Assembly: GCA_965261975.1 (NCBI GenBank)
Contig: CBDHEC010000008.1
Coordinates: forward strand, 64,001 to 128,000
DNA from: Alphaproteobacteria bacterium
GTDB taxonomy: Bacteria > Pseudomonadota > Alphaproteobacteria > UBA6615
Reading direction: 5' to 3'
DNA length: 64,000 nt
Shown here piece after piece: positions 51,647 through 62,550 of this stretch. The notes beneath the pieces are model-generated. The model saw only the letters and a program-made list of their open reading frames with translations. It was not told the DNA's origin and ran no database searches. The position numbers were made by a program, and so were the translations under genes. Numbering within the stretch: the stretch's first letter is position 1; every line of letters starts with the position of its first letter.

Positions 51647-52810
51647 TCAGGCCGAGACGCGCAGGTTGCCGACGGCCGAGCGGCGCATATCAAACAGAAT
51701 CGAAAGCGTGTCGGTCAGTTCGTTGAATTGTTCGTAGCGTAGCCGTTTCCCATAGGTATCGATGGTCTTCGACCAGATATTGAGGGCGTGCACATTCGCG
51801 CTCAGACAGGTCGCCAGGTTCGTGTAGTCCTCATCGGCCGTCGACAGGAAATCCTTGAACGCGCGCGGCTGGTTATCATTGATAAACGCTCGATAGCTCT
51901 GCTCGTAGTTGCCCAGAACCAGTTTGATGCTGCGATAGGTGTCGCGCACCTTGTCGCGCAGCCCGAGCAGGGAATACTCGACCCGGTCTCTGTCATCGGG
52001 CATCAGCCGCACCCAGTCCACGGGAATGGCGAGCTTGTCGTCACCCAGCCACGAAAAGAAGGATTTCATCTGCGGCAGGAAATCTTCGAACTGAACCTGA
52101 TAGTAACAAATCGCCTTCCAGGCGAAGAACAGTTCCGGCGCACGGTCTTCGGGAATATCCATGCTGCGCACGAAATCCTCGATCCCCTCAATGTCCTTGG
52201 CCTCCCATATCTTGGACAGGAAACGCGAGACATGCTGTTCCATTTTCTCCACCGAGACATCACCCTCGCCCGTGTAGGCGCGGCGCACCAGCGTGCGGAT
52301 TTTGGTGCGAATGGGAGAACGAATTCGCTTCCAGTCTTCTTCACTGATGTTGAAGTAGAAGGGGTGGATGCGGTCGTCGAGGTCGAGCTGTTCGGATTTA
52401 CTCTTCAACAGAAACGGGTCGAGGGTCGGCAGGGAATAGATCATCTCGAGGATTTCCAGGTCCATCACATAGTCGACCTGGCTTTCCTCGCTTTTCGAAT
52501 CCGCCCCGGTCTTCACGCGAAGCATTCGGTTGAAACCGGGATCGTCGAACAGAATCGAATCGCCGCCCTCGTAGACGTTCCCCAGATTGTAAGGGAAGTA
52601 CATCAGCGTCTGCACGGTCGAGACCGTGTGATACTGGGTCTCGTTGCGTTCCATGATTTTGAAGAAAAGGGTTTCGTTCAGGGTCTTGTTACGGAACAGC
52701 CTGCCGACAGGGTCGCTCGCCGGAATCCGCCGTCCGATGTCATAAACATTGAACGCGGTCGAGCGACCGGCGTTGATGACCTTCGAAAGCGAGCCACGGT
52801 CCATCGGCAT
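51647..52810 (-). CDS. Hypothetical cytoplasmic protein (LPTLDPFLL motif)
   Basis: 387-aa ORF with an RBS, 29 bp downstream of the DUF2336-like gene. No family recognised. Confidence 0.75.
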   Translation of the reverse strand: MPMDRGSLSKVINAGRSTAFNVYDIGRRIPASDPVGRLFRNKTLNETLFFKIMERNETQYHTVSTVQTLMYFPYNLGNVYEGGDSILFDDPGFNRMLRVKTGADSKSEESQVDYVMDLEILEMIYSLPTLDPFLLKSKSEQLDLDDRIHPFYFNISEEDWKRIRSPIRTKIRTLVRRAYTGEGDVSVEKMEQHVSRFLSKIWEAKDIEGIEDFVRSMDIPEDRAPELFFAWKAICYYQVQFEDFLPQMKSFFSWLGDDKLAIPVDWVRLMPDDRDRVEYSLLGLRDKVRDTYRSIKLVLGNYEQSYRAFINDNQPRAFKDFLSTADEDYTNLATCLSANVHALNIWSKTIDTYGKRLRYEQFNELTDTLSILFDMRRSAVGNLRVSA

Positions 52811-52839
52811 TGTGAGGGTTCCTCTCTCCAGCTACAGCG

Positions 52840-54249
52840 TCAGCCACCGTCGGCCATGCCGGCGACAAACTCGAGCTGCCAGTTCATCTCTTCGGGAGAG
52901 ATGGGGTAGCCGTCGGACGCGGTGGCGCGAAGCACACCGCTCGGGGGGATCTTGGCGAGGTTCATTTGCAACCGCGTGGCAAGGCGCATCGACAGTCCGG
53001 ATTTCCAGGCAAGCGCCACGAGCGCCTTGGCGTTCTGCAGAGACGCGGCTTTTCGCACGACATCATTCGGCACTTCGGCGAGAAGCGAAATCGCGACAAT
53101 CACGAAATCAGTTTCACCACCATTGAGCGCGGCCGATACATGCTTTTCGGCGAGCGACCCCTTCTTGTGCAATTTGGTCGCGCGCTTGACCTGCGCCGGA
53201 TTCATCTCGGGCTGTTTCTTGGTTGCCCAAGTGGGATCCGATTTTTTGTCGGCGGCAGCGCTCGAGCCGGAATCTCCCTTCGACTTTGCCCAGTTCGGAT
53301 CCTCGACACCTGCGGTGTCCTTCGAGCCGTTCGGCTTATCGGACCAGATTTCCGCGAGATCCTCGATCGATCGACCATCCAGCCGCCGCTGGATGACAAG
53401 GTCGATCGCGGCCACGGACCCATCATCCAGATCGGTCCGCTTCTTGAGTTCCACCAGCAATGTCTCGGAAACGATATCCGCAATCCGCCGCATGGCGTCG
53501 ACATGCAGGCCAGGTCGCTGAACCAAGGGCCCGTGCCAACCTGGCTGACCCGGGGCCTCGTCGACAATCCGATCGAGCGTCTCTTCGCGAATTTGCGCAC
53601 TGTCATTGCCAAGCAATTCAGCGACCGCTTCTGCGTCCCCGGAGTTGACGATCGCATCTGCCACTTCCTCGCCCAATGCGACGCGCCGCGAGATGGCCTT
53701 CAGCGCACCCTGCACCGGCTCGCTGTTGAGTACCCGGATCAGAAATTCGTCGTCCAGGATGGGTGAGTTTTCGAGGACCAGCCCGCTCACGGTCAGTTCC
53801 CGATCCATCGCCAGCATCTCGACGATATGAACCGGCGCTCCAGGACTGTCTTTCAGGGTTTCCGCCAGAATCTGACGCACACGAACCAGCTGATCGCCGG
53901 CCAATATCTCCAAAGCCTGCATCGTGACCTTGTAGACGTTGGTCTACTCGCTTTCATCCAGGGTCAGCGATGACGTCGCGATCTTGCCGGCCACGTCAGA
54001 ACGAACCCGGTCATCATCGTCCTGGGCCAGCATGAGATCGGCATGACGCGGGGTCAGATCATTCTGTGCGATTTGCCGGCGTACACCAGGATCCGGGTCT
54101 CCCGCCAGGTAGTAGAGAATCTCGGGGCGAACATCTTCACGCCCGGCCAGATCACGCCTTTCATCATGACTCCCATCGCGCGCCATGCGTTTCTGGTCGT
54201 CATAGGTGATCATGTTGTCCGGATCTGCGTTGATCTGTGCATCGGTCAT
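52840..54249 (-). pseudogene. DUF2336-like protein with N-terminal HEAT-like repeats, interrupted by TAG
   Basis: PEILYYLA.D....VR, LA.DQLVRVR and VLENSPIL motifs. In-frame TAG at 53944-53946 (DESE*TNVY). Confidence 0.8.
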
Positions 54250-56024
54250 CGCTCCGCGCCTCCACCAAGCGGCGCGACCGCTTCCCTTTCTGCCGAAGCA
54301 CCGTCGTCACACGCGCCCGTCAGATCATTAGTTTGTCCCGCGACGGCCCAGTCGTTCTTGCCGTTCTTCTTTGCCGCATACATCGCATCATCCGCGCGAA
54401 TGAGAAGGTTCCGCAAAGATTCGTCGGAGGCCGGATCAAAGCGTGCGAGCCCGATCGACGCCCCGAGCGGTTTTGCGGGATCGCCGGATCGATCGGCCAA
54501 ATGCGACAGCATCGCCAGAAGCTCGTCAGCGCGCTTTGTCGCGCTATCGAGATCGAGATCATTGAGCCAGATCGCAAACTCATCACCGCCGATCCGGGCA
54601 ACCAGGTCGTATATTCGACTGCAAGACGTCAGGATGTCGGAAATGTCGCACAAGACCGTGTCACCGGCCTCGTGGCCGCGATTGTCATTGATGGTCTTGA
54701 AGTTATCGAGATCGATGTACAACAGCACACCTGGTCTTTCCTCGCGCACCGCGCGCGCCATGGCCGCCTCGAGCCCGTCATGGAATGCACGCCGGTTCAT
54801 CAGTCCGGTCAGGCCGTCGGTCTTCGACATACTTTCGAGTTCACGCTGGTCGGCGATCTGGCGCATGGCAATCGCGAGCTGTCCAGAGACGGCACTCAGT
54901 ATGGCATGCTCATCCTCGTGCCAGTGCGGTGCCATGATATTGCGCATCAGCAAAACCGACCCGTTGACGGCCCCGTGGTACCAGGTCCGGCGACCAAACA
55001 CGCGATACTCACCAAAATCCGCTTCGAACGTATCGCCGCCATCCGTCAGATGCGCGGCCAGATGTGACGCATCGATTGTCTCGGGCCAGCTCCCATGGGT
55101 CGCCAGGATCCGCCACCCCTCTTCCGGCGCATAGCTCATGACGGCCGCCTCGGAAGACGTGGCACGCCCGAGCATGGATGCGGCTGATTCGAGCATCGCC
55201 TGTGGCCGTGCTTCCTCGCGCACCTGATTGACGATATAGGCGACGACCTGCTCGCGCACCTTCGACTGGGCAAGTTCGCTGTCACGCAGGCGTTCATGCG
55301 TTACATCGCGGCACAGGCCGCGCGCGCCGAGCCACACCCCCTCGGGTCCAACAACCGGAACCGCGGAAGCCAGAAGGCACGCCTCGTTATTCTCGATATC
55401 CCGCAACCATACTTGCTCCTGCACGATGGGCTGGCGCGCCTGGAAGGGCAGTTCGACATTGGTCGCTCCGGACTCGACGAGAAACTCGTCCGGACACCGG
55501 CCCAGCAAATCCTCCGGCGAATACCCGAGTGCGCCATGTGGCGACACAAAAACGAACCGGCCCTCGGCGTCGGTCTCCCAGGCAAAATCGCTCGAGATGG
55601 TCACCAGATCACGGTAGCGCTGGCGGGATTCGAACAGCGCCTGACGAATATTGACGTCATAGGTATTGTCACGTGCGAGGACGAACACACGATCGCCGGT
55701 AGCTGGCAACGCCATGCAGTCGAACCAGCGCGTTGTGCCTTCGACCGAGACCTCGACCTTGTCGCTCACACTACCCTGTGTCTGATGCGCGAGCGTGACG
55801 AGACCGACGACCGGTGACCCGACTTTCTTCATCGATTCGCGCGCGACATGCGCGCCCATATCGTTGGCACCGATAACGATGCCGTTGGCGGCAAACTCGA
55901 TCACCGCACCGGGCCAGCCGGCAAGCGCGCGATCCATCCCGTCCATGTTCGGGAATGGCAAATCTTTCCAGAAATCGGGATTGCTGGGGAACGCAACCAC
56001 GGGGCTCGCATCCATCGGGCTCAT
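54246..56024 (-). CDS. PAS-GAF diguanylate cyclase
   Basis: SSDFAWETD PAS, DGLTGLMNRR, DLDNFK..ND..GH..GD, RxxD I-site and GGDEF. ATGA overlaps at both ends. Confidence 0.93.
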   Translation of the reverse strand: MSPMDASPVVAFPSNPDFWKDLPFPNMDGMDRALAGWPGAVIEFAANGIVIGANDMGAHVARESMKKVGSPVVGLVTLAHQTQGSVSDKVEVSVEGTTRWFDCMALPATGDRVFVLARDNTYDVNIRQALFESRQRYRDLVTISSDFAWETDAEGRFVFVSPHGALGYSPEDLLGRCPDEFLVESGATNVELPFQARQPIVQEQVWLRDIENNEACLLASAVPVVGPEGVWLGARGLCRDVTHERLRDSELAQSKVREQVVAYIVNQVREEARPQAMLESAASMLGRATSSEAAVMSYAPEEGWRILATHGSWPETIDASHLAAHLTDGGDTFEADFGEYRVFGRRTWYHGAVNGSVLLMRNIMAPHWHEDEHAILSAVSGQLAIAMRQIADQRELESMSKTDGLTGLMNRRAFHDGLEAAMARAVREERPGVLLYIDLDNFKTINDNRGHEAGDTVLCDISDILTSCSRIYDLVARIGGDEFAIWLNDLDLDSATKRADELLAMLSHLADRSGDPAKPLGASIGLARFDPASDESLRNLLIRADDAMYAAKKNGKNDWAVAGQTNDLTGACDDGASAEREAVAPLGGGAER

Positions 56025-57719
56025 TCCGCCGCCTCCAGTGCCGCTTTCTTCTCGGGCGTGAAGGAAATCGGACGCGGGCTTTGAAACGATGTGATCAGCT
56101 TGTCCGGTCTGCCATAGAGATACCCTTGGCCGTAATCGATGCCGCACTCGCGCACGAGATCAGCCACGCTCTCCTCTTCGATCATCTCCGCAACGGTGGT
56201 CACACCCAGGTCCCGGCACATGCTGGCCATGGCTTTCAACAGGGCCTTGCCGCGCTTGTTGTTGATCGCATCGATGACGTAAGCGCCGTCGATCTTGACG
56301 CAATCGACATGCAAGGCGCTGAGATACTGGAAGGCCGACACACCGGCGCCGAAATCATCCAGACACACCACATGACCGGCCTGCCGCAGCGCCTGAATGA
56401 TCTTGTCTGCGGCCTCCAGATCGTGAAGCTTGGCCGATTCAGTGACTTCGAAAAGGATGAACTCGCGCGCGGTGGAAAATTCATCAAGCAGGTCGATCAG
56501 GCTCTGAACAAATGTCGGCGTGCTGGGGGATCGTCCCGAGATATTCGCGGCGACCATATAGCGGTAGCCTTGCCCGTTGATCTCATCGAGCCAGGTCAGG
56601 ACCTTGCGGCACATCGCCAGGTCGAAATCACAGATGATCCCGACCTCTTCCGCGAAGGTGACAAACTCAAACGGGGTCGCTTCGAAATTCTCGTGATCGA
56701 AACGTACCAGCGCCTCGAAATGATGCGGCCGGCCGGTTTTCATGTCGCAGATGGGCTGGAACGCGACATCGAAAGCGCCCTTCTGAATCATATCGACGAA
56801 CTTGTTGCGCCGCTCGACCGTGTCGGACGCCAGGCTGCTAAAGCCCTCGGACAGCTCGCGGACGGTGAAATCTCCCACCGTCTCGTCACAGAACTTGTTG
56901 ATCGTATAAACAAGCGCTTTCGCGGTATCCGCCTCGCTCATGATCCCCGGCTGGACATCGACCGTGGCCGCCTCGACGGACAGGCCCTCGCCCTGTGGAT
57001 CAACCTCACGCGCATAGGATTCGATCTGGTCGGACATCGGCATGCATGTCGTGGACCACGCCAAAGCGATTGTCGTCCAGCTGGCCCGCGAGATCACCAT
57101 GCAGCGAATTCGCCCGAAACATGGAACCCATCGTCGCGGACAACTCGTCTTGCGCTTCCTCGGTCAGGCGCTCGCGGAGCTCATCATAGTCGCCCAGCTC
57201 GATCATCGTGAGCTGGCAATCCTCGCCCTCGGTTCCGGCCTCGGAGAGGACCCGCGTCGCAACTTCGGCGAACGAGCCCTTGTCGTAGACCTCCATGCCC
57301 TCGACGCGAACCGCGTCCTCATCGGCGATCGGAATGACCGATTGCTTTACCCTGAACGACAAATAGGTGTGGCCACCCAGGTCACTCATATGGAAGCCGC
57401 TCAGGTTCAGGACAACGGACTGGCCCGTCGGCGTGCAAAACGTAATCAGCGCGTCGTCTATCAGCGTGCCGGCGCGCGCATCCCGCAACAGCCGGTCAAG
57501 CTTTCTCTTGTCGGCTTCATGAACGAGATCTTTCAGACGCGCGCCCTTGAGGTCTTCGGCGTCGCTGCCGGTGAAAGCTTTCGTCGCGCCGACCGCAAAG
57601 GTTACTTCCCCGGTAACGTCGACTTCGAAAAGCAGGTCCGCATTACAGAATGCGAGCGCGACGAACCGGTCACGCTCGGCACGCAAATCGCCCACATCCC
57701 GGCGCGCGTCGTCAGACAT
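56021..57719 (-). pseudogene. PAS - degenerate GGDEF - EAL phosphodiesterase, frameshifted
   Basis: The PAS/GGDEF-like N-terminal part (frame of 57006..57746) shifts at about 57030-57040 into the EAL domain (FEALVR, DDFGAG, KIDG, QGYL). Confidence 0.82.
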
Positions 57720-57834
57720 ACTCAATTTCTCCGGGGATTGACTCAATCCCTTGTCTCCGGTTCGTTTCAGCGACCTGCGCGACGTTATTCACACGCAGAT
57801 AAATTCAAAGCGGTGCGATCCTACCGCCACCGCG

Positions 57835-57850
57835 GTTAACGAAGTCTTAT
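57835..57850 (-). promoter_or_regulatory. Putative CtrA-like box (ATAA-N7-TTAAC) upstream of the c-di-GMP module
   Basis: One mismatch to TTAA-N7-TTAAC, plus an additional TTAACC half-site near 57893-57898. Confidence 0.4.
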
Positions 57851-57905
57851 TGGCGCCGTCGGGTTCTTGCCCCGTCACGCCCGGAATCCCGGGGTTAAGG
57901 AACAT

Positions 57906-58595
57906 ATGAAACCGATTGCGAAACTGAAGGAGACGGAAAGCTGGATTTTCGATCTCGACAACACGCTCTACCCCGCGTCCACGGGGCTCATGGCGGAGGT
58001 GTCGTCGCGGATGACGATGTTCGTCGCGGACCTGCTGAATGTCGAAGCCGAAGTCGCGCTGGTTGAGCAGAAGCGCATGTTCCGCGAACACGGAACCACA
58101 TTGCGCGGCCTGATGAACGACCATGCCGTCGATCCGACCGCGTTCATGGACTATGTGCATGCAGTGGACTACGGACTGGTCGACGAGAACCCACGCCTGT
58201 CACAAGTCTTGCGCAGCCTGCCGGGGCAGAAAATCGTCCACACAAACGCCTCGGTACCGCATGCCGAGACGGTGCTCGACCGCCTCGGTATCGCGGATGC
58301 TTTCTCGGGCATTTTCGATGTCGCGGCCGCAGACTATGTACCCAAGCCGAACCCTCGCCCCTACGACCTCCTGGCGTCGCGCCACGGGGTCGACCCGTCG
58401 CGGGCGGTCATGGTCGAGGATATCGCACACAATCTGGAACCCGCCGCCGCGATGGGCATGACCACGGTCTGGGTCCGCGCCGACGGGCCGGTCGATGCCT
58501 ATTGGGCAGCACCATCCGAAGACGATGATTACGTGCACCACCAGACCGACGACCTGATCGGATGGCTGGAAAGCGTCGCGGCACATGACCAATGA
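57906..58595 (+). CDS. Pyrimidine 5'-nucleotidase (HAD family)
   Basis: WIFDLDNTLY, HGTTLRGL, PKP and EDI..NL.PA...GM motifs. Confidence 0.92.
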   Translation: MKPIAKLKETESWIFDLDNTLYPASTGLMAEVSSRMTMFVADLLNVEAEVALVEQKRMFREHGTTLRGLMNDHAVDPTAFMDYVHAVDYGLVDENPRLSQVLRSLPGQKIVHTNASVPHAETVLDRLGIADAFSGIFDVAAADYVPKPNPRPYDLLASRHGVDPSRAVMVEDIAHNLEPAAAMGMTTVWVRADGPVDAYWAAPSEDDDYVHHQTDDLIGWLESVAAHDQ

Positions 58596-58704
58596 ACAGG
58601 CTCAAGCGCGTTGACATCGGGGCCTGACCGCCGCCATCTTCGCGCCGCCAGTTCAACGACACAGAAACACAGGCCCCAACAGGGCGCACTGACAGGAAAA
58701 AGCA

Positions 58705-59550
58705 ATGAGCACAAGTGATCTACAATCCGCGATCGAAACCGCCTGGGACAACCGCGACTCCCTGACTCCGGCCACGACGGGTGCCGACCGGGACGCGGTG
58801 GAAACCGCGCTCGCGCATCTCGACAGCGGTGCGGCGCGCGTCGCCGAGAAGATCGACGGTGCCTGGCAGGTCAACGAATGGCTCAAGAAGGCCGTCCTCC
58901 TGTCCTTCCGGCTGAACGATATGGAGATGATCTCCGGCGGCCCCGGCGACGGGACGGCATGGTGGGACAAGGTCCCCTCGAAGTTCGCCGGCTGGGGGGC
59001 TTCCGACTTCGAGACCGCCGGTTTCCGCGCAGTCCCGAATGCGATCGTTCGCCATTCCGCCTTCATCGCGCCGGGTGCGGTGCTGATGCCGAGCTTCGTC
59101 AATCTGGGAGCCTATGTCGGCAGCGGCACCATGGTCGACACCTGGGCGACCGTCGGCAGCTGCGCCCAGATCGGGGCCAACGTGCATCTTTCCGGCGGTG
59201 CCGGAATCGGCGGTGTCCTGGAGCCGCTCCAGGCCAACCCCGTCGTCATCGAGGATAATTGCTTTATCGGTGCGCGTTCGGAAGTCGCGGAAGGCGTGAT
59301 CGTCGAGGAAGGCGCCGTGCTTTCGATGGGCGTGTATCTCGGCGCGTCGACCAAGATTGTCGATCGCGAGACCGGCGAGACAATGACCGGCCGCGTGCCG
59401 GCCTATTCGGTGGTCGTCCCCGGCAGCCTGCCCGGCAAGCCGCTGCCCGACGGCAGCCCTGGCCCGAGCCTCTATTGCGCGGTGATCGTAAAGCGGGTCG
59501 ACGCACAGACACGGTCCAAGACCTCCATCAACGAGCTGCTGCGCGACTGA
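58705..59550 (+). CDS. dapD: Tetrahydrodipicolinate N-succinyltransferase
   Basis: [17 protein letters not shown], hexapeptide repeats and [10 protein letters not shown]. Confidence 0.97.
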   Translation: MSTSDLQSAIETAWDNRDSLTPATTGADRDAVETALAHLDSGAARVAEKIDGAWQVNEWLKKAVLLSFRLNDMEMISGGPGDGTAWWDKVPSKFAGWGASDFETAGFRAVPNAIVRHSAFIAPGAVLMPSFVNLGAYVGSGTMVDTWATVGSCAQIGANVHLSGGAGIGGVLEPLQANPVVIEDNCFIGARSEVAEGVIVEEGAVLSMGVYLGASTKIVDRETGETMTGRVPAYSVVVPGSLPGKPLPDGSPGPSLYCAVIVKRVDAQTRSKTSINELLRD

Positions 59551-59564
59551 GTATTGCACCTGCC

Positions 59565-60746
59565 ATGACCACGCCCACCAATGATCCGATCGCACTTTCC
59601 CAGGCGTTGATCCGCTGCCCGAGCGTCACGCCTGCGGAAGGCGGCGCGCTCGATGTGCTGGGCGCGGCGCTGGGCTCTCTTGGCTTCACCGTCGACCGGT
59701 TGCCGTTTTCCGATGCGGACACGCCGGATGTCGACAACCTCTATGCCCGTTTGGGCACGGCGGGGGCGAATTTCTGTTTCGCGGGGCATACGGATGTTGT
59801 CCCGGTTGGCGACATGGATGCCTGGACCGACGATCCGTTCGCGGGCGCGGTGGTCGACGGCAACCTCTATGGTCGCGGCGCGGCCGACATGAAAAGCGCC
59901 ATCGCGGCCTTCACGGCCGCCACCGATCGGCTGATTGCGCGCCACGGGACACCCGACAGTTGGGAACGCCCGGGCTCAATCAGCCTGCTCATCACCGGTG
60001 ACGAAGAAGGGCCCGCGATCAACGGCACCCGCAAGGTCCTTGGCTGGCTTGCGGACAAGGATGAAACCCTCGATGCCTGCCTGGTTGGGGAGCCCACCAA
60101 CCCCGACGCGATGGGCGACATGATCAAGATCGGGCGGCGCGGCAGCATGATGGGCTATCTGACGGTCCGCGGCGTCCAGGGACACGCGGCCTATCCCCAT
60201 CTTGCCGACAACCCGGCCCACCGTATCGTGCGTCTGCTCGATGCGCTGACCGCCGAACCGCTCGACGAAGGCAGCGAACATTTCCAGCCCTCGACGTTGC
60301 AGATCACCACGATCGATATCGGCAACCCGGCAGAGAATGTCATCCCGGCGGAGGCGCGGGCGACATTCAACATTCGGTTCTGCGACCTGCACACATCGGA
60401 AAGCCTGAAGGCCCGTCTCCACGAGATGCTGGATGCCGCCGGTCCGGACACCGATTATTCCCTCGATTTCCGCATCACCGGCGAATCCTTCCTGACCCCG
60501 CCGGGGCCGCTGAGTGAGGCGATTTCAGGCGCCGTCGAGGCGGTGACCGGCCGGCAACCGGAGCTCAGCACGACAGGTGGCACGTCGGATGCGCGCTTCA
60601 TCAAGGACTTCTGCCCGGTCGCCGAATTCGGCCTGGTCGGCCAGACCATGCACAAGGTCGACGAGAATGTGAGTTGCGCCGACATCGAGACACTCACAGA
60701 AATCTACCTCAAGGTGCTCGAAACCTATTTCGGGTTGAGCCAATAA
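59565..60746 (+). CDS. dapE: Succinyl-diaminopimelate desuccinylase
   Basis: [27 protein letters not shown] and GGTSDARF motifs. Confidence 0.96.
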   Translation: MTTPTNDPIALSQALIRCPSVTPAEGGALDVLGAALGSLGFTVDRLPFSDADTPDVDNLYARLGTAGANFCFAGHTDVVPVGDMDAWTDDPFAGAVVDGNLYGRGAADMKSAIAAFTAATDRLIARHGTPDSWERPGSISLLITGDEEGPAINGTRKVLGWLADKDETLDACLVGEPTNPDAMGDMIKIGRRGSMMGYLTVRGVQGHAAYPHLADNPAHRIVRLLDALTAEPLDEGSEHFQPSTLQITTIDIGNPAENVIPAEARATFNIRFCDLHTSESLKARLHEMLDAAGPDTDYSLDFRITGESFLTPPGPLSEAISGAVEAVTGRQPELSTTGGTSDARFIKDFCPVAEFGLVGQTMHKVDENVSCADIETLTEIYLKVLETYFGLSQ

Positions 60747-60774
60747 CGATCGGGGAAGCGCCGCGGCGCGCGAC

Positions 60775-61350
60775 ATGAACCCATTGGAAGCTGCACACGG
60801 CGTATTTGGTGCCTGGCGCCTGCTGCATTTCGACCGATCCGGGCTTAGCCATTTTCGTGCGACCCCGGAAGGGTTCTGGAACTCGTTCTGGGTGGCGCTC
60901 ATCGCACTTCCGGCCGAGGCGATCATGAGCCTGCTGGTCCTGACCGCACTACCCGAGACCGCCCCCGAAGCCAGCCTCGGACGCGTCACCCTGGTGTTCG
61001 TGTTCATCTTCGCTGTGCGCTGGCTCACCTACCTGGCGGTAATCGCCGAACTCTCGGAAGTCATCCTGCGCCGCGATCATTTCGTCACCTATGCGATCGC
61101 TTACAACTGGTCCCAGGTGATCCGAATCGCGATCCTGCTGCCGGCGGTCGCAATATTTGCCGTCGATGGGGTCGATGGATCCGGGTGGGGATTTGCGATC
61201 TTCTACGCCGCCCAGATCGGCCTCTGGGTCTATTCCTGGGTGATCGCGCGGATCGCCCTCGATGCGTCACGCGGCGCGGCATTCCTGACCGTCGTCGTCG
61301 AAATCGCGGTCACCGGCATGTTCGCCCTTCTGTTCAACGCACTCGTCTAG
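60775..61350 (+). CDS. Hypothetical membrane protein
   Basis: GFWNSF and AYNW motifs, about 5 TM segments. Confidence 0.75.
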   Translation: MNPLEAAHGVFGAWRLLHFDRSGLSHFRATPEGFWNSFWVALIALPAEAIMSLLVLTALPETAPEASLGRVTLVFVFIFAVRWLTYLAVIAELSEVILRRDHFVTYAIAYNWSQVIRIAILLPAVAIFAVDGVDGSGWGFAIFYAAQIGLWVYSWVIARIALDASRGAAFLTVVVEIAVTGMFALLFNALV

Positions 61351-62549
61351 TCGCGACACGCCCGCAGACCGACGACACCGGCCACGAGAATCAACGCAGA
61401 CGCACCGGCCACGCAAACCGCCAGCGGCCAGGCCGTGCCGTCCGGCGTCAAACTGACAAAAAACGCACCCGCCGCGGCACCGGCCATCTCGAATGTCGCC
61501 AGCATCGCCGCACTCATCCCCCGGCCCTGGTCGCCTGCCTGCTGGAAAACCAGAACCGGCGCCGAGGCAAACAACGGCCCCAACGCGAATGCAAACACGC
61601 TCATCGCCGCCGTCAGTGTGAGTGGCGTGTCACCCAACGCGACGGCCAGCAGCATGAACAATCCCGAGACGGCGGCGGCGGCGACGCCAAACCCGTAGAG
61701 CCGAGCGACCCCGATCCGGCCGACGACACGGTTCGACAAGAGACTGCCGAAGAAAAATGCCATTACGATCGCGGCCTGGAACAGGCCGTAATACCGGGTC
61801 GCAACGCCGTGGCGGTCAATGAGCAGGAAAGGTGCTTCGGTGATGAATGCGAAGATCGCACCAAGCGCCAGACCAAGGGTCAACGAGATCGCAACGAAGC
61901 CACACAGCGACAGGAGCCGGGCATAGCCCGATACGACCGAGCCGACCCGCAACGCCACCCGCTCACCGGTCGAAAGGGTTTCCGGCAGGCGTAGCACCGC
62001 CAGCGCGAGCACCGCCGCGACGATGACGGCAAGCAGGATGAAGTTTGCCTGCCAGCCAAACCATTCAAAAACGAACCCGCCGATGATCGGACCAACCGCC
62101 GGCACCAGCGCGATGATCATGCCGTAGATCGCGTAAATTTTGGCCGAGTCCTCGGACTTGTAGATATCACCGATGACCGCGAGAACGATCACGGCCTCGA
62201 CACTGGCCGACGCCCCCATCAGGATGCGCGCTGCCAACAGCTGCCCGATCGTCTGCGACAAGGCCGCGCCCACGGCCGTAAACAGAAACGCGGTGATGCC
62301 GATCAGGAACACGACCCGGCGGCCATATCGGTCACTCAGCGGCCCCCAGACAAGTTGAGCCAAGGCGAAGGCTGCCACATTTAGCGCCATGGTGAGCTGC
62401 ACCGTCTCGGCGCTGGTGCCGAAATAACCCGGCAAATGCGGCAGCGACGGCGCATAGAGATCCGTTGAGAGAAGCGACGCGCCGCCGGCCGCAATCAGAA
62501 TGAACAGGATCAGTCGGGACGGGTGCTGGGATTCGGAAGCCTGTGTCAC
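61347..62549 (-). CDS. Bcr/CflA family MFS efflux transporter
   Basis: TDLYAPSLP, GPLSDRYGRR, P.IGG...GW..NF and LPET motifs. GTG start directly after truA. Confidence 0.9.
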   Translation of the reverse strand: MTQASESQHPSRLILFILIAAGGASLLSTDLYAPSLPHLPGYFGTSAETVQLTMALNVAAFALAQLVWGPLSDRYGRRVVFLIGITAFLFTAVGAALSQTIGQLLAARILMGASASVEAVIVLAVIGDIYKSEDSAKIYAIYGMIIALVPAVGPIIGGFVFEWFGWQANFILLAVIVAAVLALAVLRLPETLSTGERVALRVGSVVSGYARLLSLCGFVAISLTLGLALGAIFAFITEAPFLLIDRHGVATRYYGLFQAAIVMAFFFGSLLSNRVVGRIGVARLYGFGVAAAAVSGLFMLLAVALGDTPLTLTAAMSVFAFALGPLFASAPVLVFQQAGDQGRGMSAAMLATFEMAGAAAGAFFVSLTPDGTAWPLAVCVAGASALILVAGVVGLRACRD

Positions 62550-62550
62550 C

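Noticed and set aside
5625-53946. Stop-codon reassignment (TAG or TGA read as sense) explaining the three in-frame stops
   Set aside because: The stops replace different expected residues (Gly, Trp, probably Gln), each one base change away. Many intact genes end properly in TAG (recX, yidD, gpt) or TGA (rpmH, dapD, argB). There is no Sec/Pyl context.
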